Shown here piece after piece: positions 36,001 to 44,920 of a stretch of 64,000 nt of DNA (positions are counted from its first letter, which is position 1; each line of letters opens with the position of its first letter). The stretch is from Pseudomonadota bacterium. Its GTDB lineage: Bacteria; Myxococcota_A; Polyangia; Fen-1088. The DNA is taken from the NCBI GenBank assembly GCA_017881245.1, contig JADGRC010000086.1:10273-74272 (forward strand), given 5' to 3'. The notes beneath the pieces were generated by a model that was not told the DNA's origin, searched no databases, and was given only the letters and a program-made list of their open reading frames with translations. The translations under genes and the position numbers were made by a program.

Positions 36001-38293
36001 GCGAGCGCGGCTGGGAGGCACCCAACTGGCAGGTGCCGTCCACGATCAGGTCGCGACCTTGTCCGCGGGGGCGGCGCCGATTGGGGTTGGCCTCGCCGAT
36101 CTGCCGGTGGCGGGCCGGCCCGAACGCATCGCGGCTCGGATCGCCCGGGCCGAGCGCAACGGTGGACCGCTGGCCTACGCGCTCGACCTGGAACGCGCGG
36201 AGGATGCCGAGGCCAGAGGCGAGGGCGCCGAGGCGTTGGATGGATTCGCCTACGCGCTCCGCCGCGATCCAGAGGGTATTGAGGCCCTGGAGGGGATCAA
36301 ACGCCTGGCGCTGGCCACGGGAGATCGCCTGGGAGCGGCGCGCGCGGGAATGCGGCTTGGCATGGTGCTGCGGGTTCCCGCCCGCGCCGCCGCCGAGTTC
36401 GGCGTGGCGGGCCAGATTTTCGAGGACCTGGGTCTGTTGAAAGAAGCCCGCATAGCTTTCTGGCAGGCGTTGGCGCGCGAGCCGGGCTCCGTTTGGCTGT
36501 ACGAGCGCCTGCGCCAACTGCTCGGCGGAGAGCGGGACGGGGTCGGGTTGGATCGATTGTACGGTCATCGGCTCGCCACCCTGCCTGATCCCGAAGCGCG
36601 GATCGCGCTGCTCTTGGAGAGAGCACGGCATCGGATGGAGCACCTGGACGATCGCAAGGCGGCGATCGAAGACTTCAAGCGAATCTTGAAGATCGATCCC
36701 CGTCACGAACCGGCGCTGCGCCAGTTGGCGACGCTTGCGATGCAGATGGAGTATTTCACCCAGGCGGTTCGATTTCTCGATCGGCTCCTCGCCCTGCAGG
36801 TCGAAGAGCATCGGGTGGCTGCGCTGTGTCTGGAATTGGCGGAGGCGCACGAGGCGGCACGCGAGCCCGCGCGCGCGATCGAGGTCCTTCGTCGCGCGGT
36901 GTCCGCGCGGCCGCGGGACGTCGCTCCGTGGCAGCGGCTGATCGATCTGCTTCTGCGCATCGGGGATTGGTCCGGCGCGCTTGCGGCCTTGCGAAGCTGG
37001 GACGCCGTGCTGGCGGATCCTGTCGCGAAGGCTGCGATCTGGGTACGCATGGGCTGTCTGTTGCGCGACCATGGCCGGGATGGCTTGGCGGCTTTCGGGG
37101 CGTTCGTCACCGCGTCGGATCTGGATCCCCTGAGCGACGGCATTCGGGAATTGGTGGCTCTGGGCGGCCCGGCTCGAAACATTGGCGAGCGGCGGCAGAC
37201 GCTTGGGCGGGTCATCATCAGGTTGCGCCAGACGTTGGCGGCGGACCCGTTGGACGTCCCGCGCTTACGTCGCCTGAAGGAGGCGTATGAATGGTTGGCG
37301 CAAGACCGTGCCTCGGTCGCCGCCGCCGATGCTCCAGATGCCGCCCCCGATGTCCCCCCCGCTGCGGTCGTTGTTCCTTCGGAGGATGCCGCCGCCGTGG
37401 GTGCGTCGATCACCGGTCAGTTGCTGGCGTTGGCGGGCGAGGAAGGGGAACTGCTCGCGACCCCCCGATACCAGGTGCGAGGTACCCTGTCGGCCGATTT
37501 TTGGAGCCGCCTGCGGGCGCCCGGGGCAGGGGGATTCGTGGCCGACATCTGGGCTGTGCTCGCGCCCGCGGCGAGCGAACTTTTTCCCCCGAAAACGCCG
37601 CGCCCCAGTCACCGCGTGCGGGTAACCTCTCGCGTGGAGCCGCGTCTCGCCTGGGTAGAGGCAGCGGCCATCGCCGTCGGGTTGCCGGCGATCGAGTTGT
37701 GGATGTCCAGGGACGGAGCCGGTGATATCGCGGATGAATCCGTCACGCCGATCGAGGGGAACGCGCCGGCCCTGTTCCTTGGACGAGGGGCACTGGCCGG
37801 AAATGCCGTCGCGCGGTTTCGGGTCGGCCGCACCCTATCTCTGTTGCGAGATCGGGCCGTCGCTCTCGAGAGGATGACGGCCGCCGACGTGGGCACGTTT
37901 TTGGCGGCGGCCGCAGTGATCGCCGGTGTTTCCCCTCACGTTCCTCCCGATTCGGTCGCGGACATTCAGGAACGTGCGCGCGTCCTTGGCAAGGCCATGA
38001 GCCGCAAGGATCGAAAGTCGCTGGAGCTCGCGGCTGCCCGGTTCGGTTTCGAACCGATCGACGCGGTCTCCTTTCGCGAATCCGTGCTGACGACCTCGGA
38101 TCGATTGGGATTCTTCATGGCCGGCGATATCGCGGTGGCCGTGCGTGTGGCGGGGGATTTCGATCCGGCATGGCAGGGCCCCCTGACGACGGCCGTGATT
38201 GTGGAACGGAGCCGCCTGATGGCGCTGATTCGCTTTGCGCTGTCGGACGACTATCTGATGTCGCGGCACGAGAGCGACGCGGGAGCGGACTGA
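33047..38293 (+). CDS. giant TPR-repeat protein 1 (1,748 aa)
   Basis: Uninterrupted ORF. The ATG at 33047 gives 'MSRTPRDSGDD'. Ala/Leu/Arg/Asp-rich helical repeats with clear TPR units, e.g. 'AIEDFKRILKIDPRHEPALRQLATLAM'. It has a distinct ~280-aa C-terminal domain. Confidence 0.75.
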   Translation: MSRTPRDSGDDPTVAAPVGADASVSSRPIAINLDEDARAVGGPSRAKDDELLARDAQAARDVGDLRRVDGLVCARALLAERQGDDEAAMALWRSAFDHDPSLLVAFWGLRRALARQGAWADLQGVLERRIAATSSIEQGTARAALWLDHGRIAEDRLGRDEDAAQSYHAGLIEAPDHPGLLTSLLLLGFRRADDTMIAHALQGYLRGGLPPFLRASIAASLARIQRGSRAAVSGHLPFEAESSEPDLDPMAAARALETLRTALRVVERQDAGALVTELFALANATAEPASRAEILNDLVSHLPLGDGTTTGDNTSSTGDSATTGDSTSTPGQHETARMAVSLLRERARLLRDHLHDPAAAGLALRAALARAPGHPAVIAELCDVIEVLAGEDTTRSVTGLRDLLALVAPGDRPFQTDAEGELALRTLAALGRQRQSEEALALLERHPELARDRADVFALEILLRAQAGDTVGLAAAFEREGEALAQGGGDGSPATLEAAAHALVVAGTLRERNAGRSPSDGARDVESEPTRLYRRALEVAPDYAPARDAVERRLWATGRWRDIADLLRSRLKQLADARAETDAAFPPRREDAVDVAEASRLLEDLVALYRDHLDDPGTARRYQDELIRLEPDSSRGAGGAGARAWVRRHDLELAAAVHGDPSDSATRVGILRELSSRAGVPVLESALLVEAARVAVSGDDPAMAEDLLRKAMVADGTGTAASGLERLVTGADLAGMGAARAAVVRAEISRLVAGQEMGQAKTERLRALRFRLAWHALAADRPAEALEALGPLRADGDLMARAWSWEIARRSGDARLRLATLQAAPAEHASGLVLPADLGEAHELAGAPRAAGVAFSEALRTEFSTDAALGLLRVGAVTGDARVILEAGRALAAHADDATALPLSREVALLALLHGEEDGGSRGIAGGQDDEDEPMDAVLRWVAGLRAPEVLGAAAGLLAVARALPDAGAAESANDRNGLLARAAARARLGGTQLAGAVHDQVATLSAGAAPIGVGLADLPVAGRPERIAARIARAERNGGPLAYALDLERAEDAEARGEGAEALDGFAYALRRDPEGIEALEGIKRLALATGDRLGAARAGMRLGMVLRVPARAAAEFGVAGQIFEDLGLLKEARIAFWQALAREPGSVWLYERLRQLLGGERDGVGLDRLYGHRLATLPDPEARIALLLERARHRMEHLDDRKAAIEDFKRILKIDPRHEPALRQLATLAMQMEYFTQAVRFLDRLLALQVEEHRVAALCLELAEAHEAAREPARAIEVLRRAVSARPRDVAPWQRLIDLLLRIGDWSGALAALRSWDAVLADPVAKAAIWVRMGCLLRDHGRDGLAAFGAFVTASDLDPLSDGIRELVALGGPARNIGERRQTLGRVIIRLRQTLAADPLDVPRLRRLKEAYEWLAQDRASVAAADAPDAAPDVPPAAVVVPSEDAAAVGASITGQLLALAGEEGELLATPRYQVRGTLSADFWSRLRAPGAGGFVADIWAVLAPAASELFPPKTPRPSHRVRVTSRVEPRLAWVEAAAIAVGLPAIELWMSRDGAGDIADESVTPIEGNAPALFLGRGALAGNAVARFRVGRTLSLLRDRAVALERMTAADVGTFLAAAAVIAGVSPHVPPDSVADIQERARVLGKAMSRKDRKSLELAAARFGFEPIDAVSFRESVLTTSDRLGFFMAGDIAVAVRVAGDFDPAWQGPLTTAVIVERSRLMALIRFALSDDYLMSRHESDAGAD

Positions 38294-38295
38294 CG

Positions 38296-41200
38296 TTGGC
38301 GGACGATTCGCGAGGCAAGGAAGGCGAGGGTACGTCCGACGCACCAGACGAGGGCCGCGTCCCGGGCGACGACAGGTCTGCACCGGGCCGCCCGAGGAGT
38401 ACCGTTCGGGTCGGAGCGGAGACGACAAGGGATGCGCCCCCGGTTTCAACCACGTCACCGTTTGCGGCCGAGGACGACGAGTGGGAATCGGAGTTGGCCG
38501 CGTGGGATGCCGCCGTTCCCATCGTCACTCGTGGGCCCTCGGTGCCGCCGGAGTCGTCACGTCCCGCCGCGTCTCGGGAGAGATCGCCGGGCGCGATCCC
38601 CGAATCGGACAACCCGTTTTTCGAAACACCGACAACGGTCGTTCCGCAAGGAAGGGTGCTTGAGCTGGAGGATCTGCCCGAGGTCATTTCCGCGGGGACC
38701 TTCGATGACGGGTTGGCGCCCGCTTCGGGATCGTACGCCGCGCTGGTCGCGACGGACCAAAGCGCCCCCGGTATCTTCGATCGCGATCCTCCGCCCGAGG
38801 AGCCGCCGTCGTTTCCGACCGAAAGGCTGCCCGAGATGGCGGCGGCTCCCTGGGGGGAGAATGTCCAAGACCTGATCGCGCTCGGCGACGGAGGGCGACC
38901 GATCGCGCCGACGCGGGTGTACTGGGAGACACTGGAGCGCATCCTGCTCGGGGAACGATCGGGCGAGCTCGACACGCGGCGGCTCTCTGCTCTGTGTTTG
39001 GGCGCCGCGCGGGCGGCCGTCCGGCTCGACCGTCCCCAGGAGGCCGTGGCGCACGTCGAGGCGGCGCTCGCGGTCGATGGATTGTCGCCCGCCGCGCATC
39101 GTGCCCTCTTGCTGTTGGCCGAGCAAGCGGGGCGCATGGACGACGAAGCCGCGGCCCGGTCGCTCGCCCGCATGGCTCTCACGCCTCACGCTGACCAGCC
39201 CTACTATCGCGCCCTGCACGCGGAGTGGATCCTGTCGCGCGCGTCGCGCGGGATCGTCGACGGCACGGCCGCCGCCGCCATCACGGCGCTGTCGGATGGC
39301 CTTCCACGCATGCTGGCCGAGGCAGAGCTGTCATGGCGCACGCCTTCGGTCGCGGCGATGATCCTCGAGAACGCCGCCCTGCGCGTCGGAGGTGCGCTCG
39401 GTGCGGCCCTGATGTTGTGCGCGGCCGGTCTGAACGACGTCGTCGGCGATCTCCAGTCCGCCGCCGAACAGAGATTCGTGGCGGCACGTCTGGACGATCG
39501 CCGGGCGACAGCATCGCTGGGCGTGCTCGGCGATTTGGCCCGTCTCGATTCCCAAGCGGTCGTGCCGGCTTTGGAAGACCTGATGGCGCGGTTCCCTCCC
39601 TCTTCGTTGAAGGTTTCCCTGGCGCGCTGGGGGGCGTCCGCGGCGCGCGGCGCGGGAGATCGCTCGCATGCCTGGCGGTTCGTTTCCGACGCGCTTCAAA
39701 TGGGTCCGCCGACCGCCGGTCTGGCGCGCGATCGCCTGGATCTGTGGCCAGGTCCGATGCAACCGCCCGGCCAATCGTCGCCGGCGGTTTCGTCGCGGCG
39801 CCTGTTCATGGCCGCGGCTGAGTTTTGGGGGGCACCGCCCGCGCGTGCGGTTCTGGCCCTCAGGGCCTGTGAGCTCGCCGGATTCTCGGATACCGACATC
39901 GCCGACGCCTTGGAGGCCGTCGAGAACGCCGTGGCGGGTGGTGTCGCCGATGGGGACGTGGCTCCCGCCTTGGCGCCGGCGGTGGAGGAACTGGCGGGAC
40001 GCTGCGACAACGGACCCACGCGCGTGCGGGCCCTACGCCTGTGGCGCCGCATCGACCCGGCTCGGTGGACGTCGGCATCTTTGGATCTGGCCGACGCCCT
40101 GGTGCCCACGCCCGAAGCAGGCCCGGTCAATCTCGAAGGTAGTGGATCAGGGGAACCGGACTCGACGGAGTCCGTGCTCGGCGAGATCGTGATGCGCGAT
40201 CCGACGTCGCCTGTGTTCTGGGCGCTCGCGGCGCTTGCTGCGCGACGCGGGAGGTTCGCCGACGCGGCCGCCCACATCGATCAAGGCCTGGAGCGCCCGG
40301 CCTGGCGAGAGAGTCCGTTGGCGGCTCCGCTCGGGGAGCTCGCGGCCGAGTTGCTCGCGCGTTCGGACAGGGCGCGGGGCGCGGTTCGTCTGAGGGCTCT
40401 CCGGATCAAGGCGTCACCCATTCGGGCGCAGCGTCAGACGCTGCGAAGAATGTTGCGACAACTCGGCGATCGGGATCTCTGGGCCGAATTTGTCGAGGAC
40501 GAGATCTCCGCGGTTCCCCTCGATAGCCAATCGGAACGCCAGCGCTTCGAGCGCGCGAACCTGTTGCTTGAGCCGGTCTTTTGGCGAGCGGACGCCGGCG
40601 AAGGCGACGATGTTCCGTCACTGGTGTCGGTTGTTTTGGATACGGTCCCCCTTCATCCCGTGGCGCTTGGTCTCGCGCTGGCGGAGCGGCCGGAACCCGA
40701 GATGCTGGTCGACCGTTTCGCGGCTGGACGGTCAATCGTCGGTGCGGATGGCTGGGTGGTGGCGGCCGCCATTGCCGCATCGATTTCCGGCGATGCGCCC
40801 CGCGCGCTCATGTTGGCAATCGACGCCGGCGACCGACCGGCCGGCGCCGTTTCGGCGCGCGTCGCTGGCGCCGCGCGGGCGACGGTTCGGCGCCTTGCGT
40901 GGGCGGCTCACGATGCGGACCACAGAGCTCGGATTTTGCGCGAGCTCGCCGATTCGCGGGACCCGTCGCAGCTGCTGTCGAGCGAGAGCCTTGCGGGTGA
41001 TCTCGCGCCGGGAGCAATTCGTGATCGTGTGGGTCCTCTTGCGGCAGCCGTTGTGGGCGGGCGTTGGGATGACGTGGTGGCCCATCTGGCGGCCGATCCC
41101 CCGCACCAGGAAACACCCGGCGCGACCACGCTGGCGGTCGCCGCGCTGATCGCCGAGGGACGCTGCCAGGGTCGCCGGGCGCGTGAGCTCTGGGCATCGG

Positions 41201-43491
41201 CCCGCGCGGCCCTTGCTGGAACGAACGTGCCCGACGCCCCCGCCGCAGCCGTGGAGTTTGCGCCCTGGCTGCGGGCGGGCGATCCCAGGGACGCCGAGTT
41301 GGTCGACAGGGTGGTCGCGCTGCAGGAACTTGCTGGCCTCGCGGCGCGTGCGCCCGACGAACGCTCGGCGGCGTTGTTCCTCGTCGAGGCGGCCCATCTA
41401 TTGGCCACCGCGCCTGCTGGCGAGGCCGCGACGCTCGCGGAGAGTTGTCTGCGCTCGGCAGCCATGACCGATCCGACATCGGCCGCTGCGGCGATGGCAT
41501 GGCGGCGGTGGTTGTCGGACGCCGGCCGCGTCGTCGAGGCGGCCCGAGCCAAGGCCGCCGAGGCGGAGGCTTTGGTGGATCCCGGGTTGCGCGTGCAGGC
41601 CCTCCTCGGCGCCGCCGCGATACTGCTGACCCCGGTGGGCGAGACGTCCGCCATCGGAGACGCCGCCGGGGAACGAGTCAACCAGGCAGGGGAGTTCTTG
41701 AGGCGCGCTCTTGAAATCGCACCGCACGATCACGATGCCTTCACGCGCCTGCGCGATCTGTACGAGGAGTCCGGACGACACGCCGATCTGGCGCGCCTGT
41801 TGGCGGCCCGCGTGGAGGTCACGTCAAATCCATTCGAGGTCACGGCGTTGTTGTTGGCCCGGGCGGAGATCCTTGCCGGGCCACTCGGTGATCGCGCGAG
41901 CGCCAAGGGGGAATTGGAGGCGATCCTGCGCAAGGAACCGCAACATGCCCGGGCGCTCGCACGTCTCGCGGACCTCGAAGAGGAGGACGGTCGCGCCGCC
42001 GCAGCCGCGGACCTGTTGGTCCGGCGTGCTTTCATCGAGCGCTCCCCGGAGAGACTGCGTGACCTGTTCTTGCGTCTCGGCCGGATCTACACCCGGCACG
42101 TTCCCGATCCGAAGCGCGCGGTCGGGGCCTATGCGCGCGTGTTGCAACTCGATGCCAACAATCGGGAAGCGCTGGACGAGTTGTCGCGCCTTTACCTTGG
42201 TCTCGGCGAGACCAAGAGCGCGGTAGCGATCACAGAGCGTCTAGTCCGCATCGAGCCTGCCCCCGAGCTTCGATCCCGCTATCACATCCGATTGGCACAA
42301 TTGGCGGAACGCACCGGTGATCCCCGTGCGGCCGCCGTGCATTTTCGACGGGCGGCCGAGGAGGCGCCGCGCGATATCGAGGTGCTGGGAGAGTTGGTCC
42401 GGCATCTCGAAAGGACGCGCGACACCGCTGGCCGGCGATTCGTCTTGGATCGCGCGGGCGTCGATTTGCGTGCGATGGTTTTGGCCAATCCGTCGGACAG
42501 ATCGGCTGTCGATGCGTTGGTGGCCGTCCTGCGCTGGCGCGGACGTGTCGCCGCCGCGGCGGCCGCCGCCGAGCTATCGGCATTGGTCGACGCATGGGCG
42601 GCGCGCGGCGGTCCCGACAATTCCGAACCGCTCGAACTACCGACGTGGGCGGCGCCGCCCACGGGGGGCCGCCGTCTGGCGGCGTTGGCCAAACCGTCGA
42701 TCGACGAGCAGACGTTCGCGGCGACGGTGCCGCCGGCTGTGCGCCATCTTTTTCGGATGCTCGGGCCCGTGCTGTGGGAGGGGAAAGCGGAACTCTCGCG
42801 CCACGGAGTCGACCGGGGTGATCGCGTTCCTCCCAGGCGACCGCCACGCGACATTTTCGACAGCGTCGCCGCGGAACTGGCCGCGGGGCCGTTCGAGGTG
42901 TACGTCGCTCGCGTGAGGGATGCGGCGGGACACGTGTCGCTGGCGATCGAGCCCGGCAAACCCCCGGCAATCGTGATGGGAATTGAGCTGATGAAACTGG
43001 GCGATCCGGCCGTGCGTTTCGCGGCGGGCCGGGCGTTGCGCCTGATCGCGACGCATTTGGACGTGGCGCTGGCGGGTGACCGCACGGATCTCGGGGCATG
43101 GCTCGCGGGCGTCGTCCGCCAATTCGTTCCCGACTATCGACACCCCGACGTTCCTCTGGATGTGACGATCGAGCGCGCCGCGCGCATGGCGAGGCTGATG
43201 CCTCGGAGGCTCCGTCAGGAAGTCATGCCTTTCGCCATGGAAAGCTCGGCCCCGCTGGATCTCGAGGCGCTGCGCGCGGGAATTCTTGACGGGGCCAATC
43301 GCGTCGGATTGCTCGCGTCGGGAAGCCTTGGGGCGGCACTGCGGGTGCTGTGGGCCACGTCGATCGATGCCGATCGAACCGCCACCGCGCATCCACCACC
43401 GTCGACGTTCTTCGGGAACGCCGAGGCGCAGGCCTTGTTGGTGTTTGCTCTGTCCGACGAGTACGACGATCTGGTCAAGGCGCTGGATTGA
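38296..43491 (+). CDS. giant TPR-repeat protein 2 (~1,731 aa), paralog of the upstream gene
   Basis: The in-frame TTG at 38296 is 2 nt after the upstream TGA and follows GGGAG. The start is uncertain. TPR units include 'AVGAYARVLQLDANNREALDELSRLY'. The C-terminal domain is homologous to that of protein 1. Confidence 0.7.
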   Translation: MADDSRGKEGEGTSDAPDEGRVPGDDRSAPGRPRSTVRVGAETTRDAPPVSTTSPFAAEDDEWESELAAWDAAVPIVTRGPSVPPESSRPAASRERSPGAIPESDNPFFETPTTVVPQGRVLELEDLPEVISAGTFDDGLAPASGSYAALVATDQSAPGIFDRDPPPEEPPSFPTERLPEMAAAPWGENVQDLIALGDGGRPIAPTRVYWETLERILLGERSGELDTRRLSALCLGAARAAVRLDRPQEAVAHVEAALAVDGLSPAAHRALLLLAEQAGRMDDEAAARSLARMALTPHADQPYYRALHAEWILSRASRGIVDGTAAAAITALSDGLPRMLAEAELSWRTPSVAAMILENAALRVGGALGAALMLCAAGLNDVVGDLQSAAEQRFVAARLDDRRATASLGVLGDLARLDSQAVVPALEDLMARFPPSSLKVSLARWGASAARGAGDRSHAWRFVSDALQMGPPTAGLARDRLDLWPGPMQPPGQSSPAVSSRRLFMAAAEFWGAPPARAVLALRACELAGFSDTDIADALEAVENAVAGGVADGDVAPALAPAVEELAGRCDNGPTRVRALRLWRRIDPARWTSASLDLADALVPTPEAGPVNLEGSGSGEPDSTESVLGEIVMRDPTSPVFWALAALAARRGRFADAAAHIDQGLERPAWRESPLAAPLGELAAELLARSDRARGAVRLRALRIKASPIRAQRQTLRRMLRQLGDRDLWAEFVEDEISAVPLDSQSERQRFERANLLLEPVFWRADAGEGDDVPSLVSVVLDTVPLHPVALGLALAERPEPEMLVDRFAAGRSIVGADGWVVAAAIAASISGDAPRALMLAIDAGDRPAGAVSARVAGAARATVRRLAWAAHDADHRARILRELADSRDPSQLLSSESLAGDLAPGAIRDRVGPLAAAVVGGRWDDVVAHLAADPPHQETPGATTLAVAALIAEGRCQGRRARELWASARAALAGTNVPDAPAAAVEFAPWLRAGDPRDAELVDRVVALQELAGLAARAPDERSAALFLVEAAHLLATAPAGEAATLAESCLRSAAMTDPTSAAAAMAWRRWLSDAGRVVEAARAKAAEAEALVDPGLRVQALLGAAAILLTPVGETSAIGDAAGERVNQAGEFLRRALEIAPHDHDAFTRLRDLYEESGRHADLARLLAARVEVTSNPFEVTALLLARAEILAGPLGDRASAKGELEAILRKEPQHARALARLADLEEEDGRAAAAADLLVRRAFIERSPERLRDLFLRLGRIYTRHVPDPKRAVGAYARVLQLDANNREALDELSRLYLGLGETKSAVAITERLVRIEPAPELRSRYHIRLAQLAERTGDPRAAAVHFRRAAEEAPRDIEVLGELVRHLERTRDTAGRRFVLDRAGVDLRAMVLANPSDRSAVDALVAVLRWRGRVAAAAAAAELSALVDAWAARGGPDNSEPLELPTWAAPPTGGRRLAALAKPSIDEQTFAATVPPAVRHLFRMLGPVLWEGKAELSRHGVDRGDRVPPRRPPRDIFDSVAAELAAGPFEVYVARVRDAAGHVSLAIEPGKPPAIVMGIELMKLGDPAVRFAAGRALRLIATHLDVALAGDRTDLGAWLAGVVRQFVPDYRHPDVPLDVTIERAARMARLMPRRLRQEVMPFAMESSAPLDLEALRAGILDGANRVGLLASGSLGAALRVLWATSIDADRTATAHPPPSTFFGNAEAQALLVFALSDEYDDLVKALD

Positions 43492-43562
43492 GGGCCCGCG
43501 AGGAATCCGGGCAAAGCGTCGGTCAGTCGCCTGAGCGGGCGGCATCGAGTAAAACTGTCGGG

Positions 43563-43853
43563 ATGCCGCTCGAAAGGCACAAACCGCCGCCGCGGGAGCG
43601 CACGTTCGCCGAGCTGTTCCCGTGGCGCAACATCCGGCGCGCCCTGATGTTGGTGCTGCTGATCGTGGCCATCGTCGTGATCAAGCGCTCCACCAGTTCG
43701 TTGCTGGCGCGCGTGGGCGAGATGTGGGGGCCATCGTCGCGGCCGCCGCCGTCATCCGCGGGACCTTCCTCGCCTCGGGGCGCTGGCGTCGACCGCCAGA
43801 TTCGACTCGGTCCAGGGTTGACCCCGCGCCCCTCCCCAACGGACCTCCGATGA
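43563..43853 (+). CDS. small single-pass membrane protein (hypothetical)
   Basis: The ATG is at 43563. TM 'ALMLVLLIVAIVVI' is followed by a Pro/Ser-rich tail. The third codon position is strongly G/C in this frame. Confidence 0.4.
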   Translation: MPLERHKPPPRERTFAELFPWRNIRRALMLVLLIVAIVVIKRSTSSLLARVGEMWGPSSRPPPSSAGPSSPRGAGVDRQIRLGPGLTPRPSPTDLR

Positions 43854-43907
43854 TGGCCAAAACCGGCACGCGCGCCTGTCGCTCCGGTTCGCCTGTCGCA
43901 AGGACGC

Positions 43908-44897
43908 ATGGCTAGCGTCGGCGGGCCTCTGGTTTGGGGGATCTTCGCGGCGATCATCTTGACCACCCTGGCTGTCGACCTGGGTGTTTTTCATCGCAAG
44001 GTCCATGTCGTCCGGCTGCGCGAGGCCGCGATGTGGTCGGGTGTGTGGATCGCGCTAGCACTGTCGTTCAACGTCCTCGTATACGTGAGGTTCGGGTCCG
44101 ATCGCGCACTGGAGTTCTTTCAGGCGTGGCTGATCGAGAAGGCGTTGTCCGTCGACAACATCTTCGTATTTCTGGCCATTTTTTCCTGCTTCGCGGTCGC
44201 GCCTCGCCTACAACATCGCGTGCTGTTCTGGGGCATTCTCGGCGCGCTCGGCACCCGGGGCGCCTTCATCTGGACCGGGGCAGCTTTGCTCGGGTCGTTT
44301 CATTGGGTGATGTATCTGTTCGGTGGGTTCCTGGTCTTGACCGCGCTTCGGATGCTGGTTGCCGAGGAAGCGGAGATTCAGCCCGACAAGAATCCCCTGC
44401 TCCGGCTGTTCAGGCGATTCGTTCCCGTGACGAAGGAGAGCAGCGGCACGCGATTCTTCGTTCGTCGCGGAAATCGGATTCTGGCGACCCCGCTGTTGCT
44501 GGTCTTGGTGGTGGTCGAGGCCACGGACGTCGTCTTTGCCGTCGACTCGATTCCCGCCGTCTTCGCCATTACGCGCGATGTCTTCATCGTCTACACGTCG
44601 AACATTTTCGCGATCCTAGGGCTGAGGGCGCTGTCATTCTTGGTCTTCAATCTCGTGCGACGCTTGCGGTACTTGAAGGTTGGGCTCTCCCTCGTTCTGG
44701 TGTTCATCGGGGTCAAGATGTTGATCGAATCTCACCTGCGCGTTTCTCAACCGTTATCGCTCGTGGTCGTCGTCTCGCTCTTGCTCGGGTCCGCCCTGGC
44801 GTCGTTGGTCATGGCGCCCGGAGCGGAGCGCGGGGATCCGTCATCCGACGGACGGACGGACGGACCGACCGACCGACCGACCGACCGACGCGACTGA
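43908..44897 (+). CDS. TerC family integral membrane protein
   Basis: 'EKALSVDNIFVFLAIF' and 'VVEATDVVFAVDSIPAVFAIT' are the duplicated TerC motifs. About 9 TM helices. Confidence 0.85.
   Translation: MASVGGPLVWGIFAAIILTTLAVDLGVFHRKVHVVRLREAAMWSGVWIALALSFNVLVYVRFGSDRALEFFQAWLIEKALSVDNIFVFLAIFSCFAVAPRLQHRVLFWGILGALGTRGAFIWTGAALLGSFHWVMYLFGGFLVLTALRMLVAEEAEIQPDKNPLLRLFRRFVPVTKESSGTRFFVRRGNRILATPLLLVLVVVEATDVVFAVDSIPAVFAITRDVFIVYTSNIFAILGLRALSFLVFNLVRRLRYLKVGLSLVLVFIGVKMLIESHLRVSQPLSLVVVVSLLLGSALASLVMAPGAERGDPSSDGRTDGPTDRPTDRRD
44847..44890. repeat. tetranucleotide microsatellite (GACG)4(GACC)6GACG
   Basis: Read directly from the sequence. It lies inside the last 17 codons of the TerC gene and encodes 'DGRTDGPTDRPTDRPTDR'. 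Confidence 0.9.
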
Positions 44898-44920
44898 CGG
44901 AAGCCCGAATCCCGCGCGCT

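Noticed and set aside
38170-38295. Upstream 42 codons of the ORF call for TPR protein 2
   Set aside because: They would overlap the last 124 nt of TPR protein 1 in another frame. A TTG 2 nt after the upstream stop, with a GGGAG RBS, is a more economical start.
43492-43907. Possible yybP-ykoY (Mn2+) riboswitch upstream of the TerC-family gene
   Set aside because: TerC/Alx genes are often preceded by this riboswitch. I found none of its conserved GGGGAGUAG / AGACAU-type blocks. The region is better explained by a small membrane-protein ORF (43563..43853).
44847-44890. CRISPR-like or mobile-element repeat
   Set aside because: It is a simple 4-nt microsatellite within a CDS, with no spacers. 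No cas, transposase or integrase genes occur anywhere in the window.
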